A stretch of 64,000 nucleotides of DNA from Candidatus Eiseniibacteriota bacterium. GTDB lineage: Bacteria; Eisenbacteria; RBG-16-71-46. The stretch lies in NCBI GenBank assembly GCA_041483195.1, contig JBGPFC010000023.1:1-64000 (forward strand). Reading direction: 5' to 3'. Position 1 is the first letter of the stretch; each line of letters opens with the position of its first letter. The notes beneath the pieces are model-generated. The model was not told where the DNA came from and did not search any database. It was given only the letters and a program-made list of their open reading frames with translations. The position numbers were made by a program, and so were the translations under genes. This document shows positions 63,443-64,000 of the stretch, in pieces.

Positions 63443-64000
63443 CTAGTGGAGGAACCGAGCCTTGACCTGGCCCCAGCTCGTCGTATTGGCCGGCGTCGGA
63501 TTCAATGACTCGAGGAACAGCACCGCGTCCTCCCGGTCCTGATCCGCCCCGCCACCCACGATCGCCAAGTCTTCCCAGCACAGCCACCACGAACCGGCGT
63601 TCACACCGGTTCCGGCATAGGTGACGGCCTGCGCGGCGCCACCCGGATTGCGAACGTCCTGAGTGAAGAACGTCCCGCCCGGACCCTGCAGGTAGAAACC
63701 AAAGTTGTTGCGGTCCGGGCCCGGCGTGTACGTGTTCGATCCGACCGGAATCGCATTCTGGTCGAAGAAGTTCACGATCACGCGGGTCGGCAGATTCTTG
63801 AACGACGCGACCGCGAACCAGCCCGCGGTTGCGGCGCCCGGGAACACCTGCGCCAGGATGGGTACCCCGTCCGCTCCGCCGTAAAGGCCGATCGTGTTCG
63901 CGGCTGCGTTGCCCGCGAGTTCGATCTGCATCGTGAACGTCGAGTTGCCCGACACGGTCGATGCCCAGGTCAGGATGTCCTGCTGATCGGTGAGCACGTT
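63443..64000 (-). CDS. Partial (5' end outside window) DUF4114-like protein with C-terminal SWGxxK tail
   Basis: Open frame to the window edge; 'NTIGLY', 'FGFYL', 'WEDL...DQDREDAV'; ends 'PTPANTTSWGQVKARFLH'. Confidence 0.7.
   Translation of the reverse strand, partial: NVLTDQQDILTWASTVSGNSTFTMQIELAGNAAANTIGLYGGADGVPILAQVFPGAATAGWFAVASFKNLPTRVIVNFFDQNAIPVGSNTYTPGPDRNNFGFYLQGPGGTFFTQDVRNPGGAAQAVTYAGTGVNAGSWWLCWEDLAIVGGGADQDREDAVLFLESLNPTPANTTSWGQVKARFLH

Overview
A very GC-rich bacterial window with no rRNA, tRNA, CRISPR array or transposase that I could identify. Several secreted proteins end in FlgD-Ig/T9SS-like C-terminal domains, one gene is a PorV-family barrel, and one protein ends in a 'SWGQVKARF' tail; together these suggest an FCB-associated candidate phylum such as Eisenbacteria (inference only). 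Contents in order: (1) a minus-strand operon of two Fn3 proteins and a PorV-like barrel fused to a Pro/Ala linker and LysM; (2) a divergent type IVa pilus locus (pilT-like with a degenerate His box, MshEN-pilB, pilC, pilA, three minor pilins, pilMNOPQ, pilD) and an atypical LuxR response regulator; (3) large secreted multidomain proteins, RlpA and a membrane PP2C phosphatase; (4) three secreted peptidases around an orphan ~890-aa coiled-coil protein; (5) yaeQ with a CTG start, a hydrolase, cysteine synthase, and a Ser/Thr kinase cluster with a coupled giant CPBP protease; (6) uup, a secreted nuclease, thioredoxin, SDR, a GT-B protein and an aminotransferase. The most striking unexplained signal is an ~80-nt hairpin present twice, 21 kb apart and in opposite orientation (16963-17044, 38276-38355). 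The two copies share a 40-nt core (38/40 identical) but have different 20-21 bp outer arms that are each perfectly complementary.
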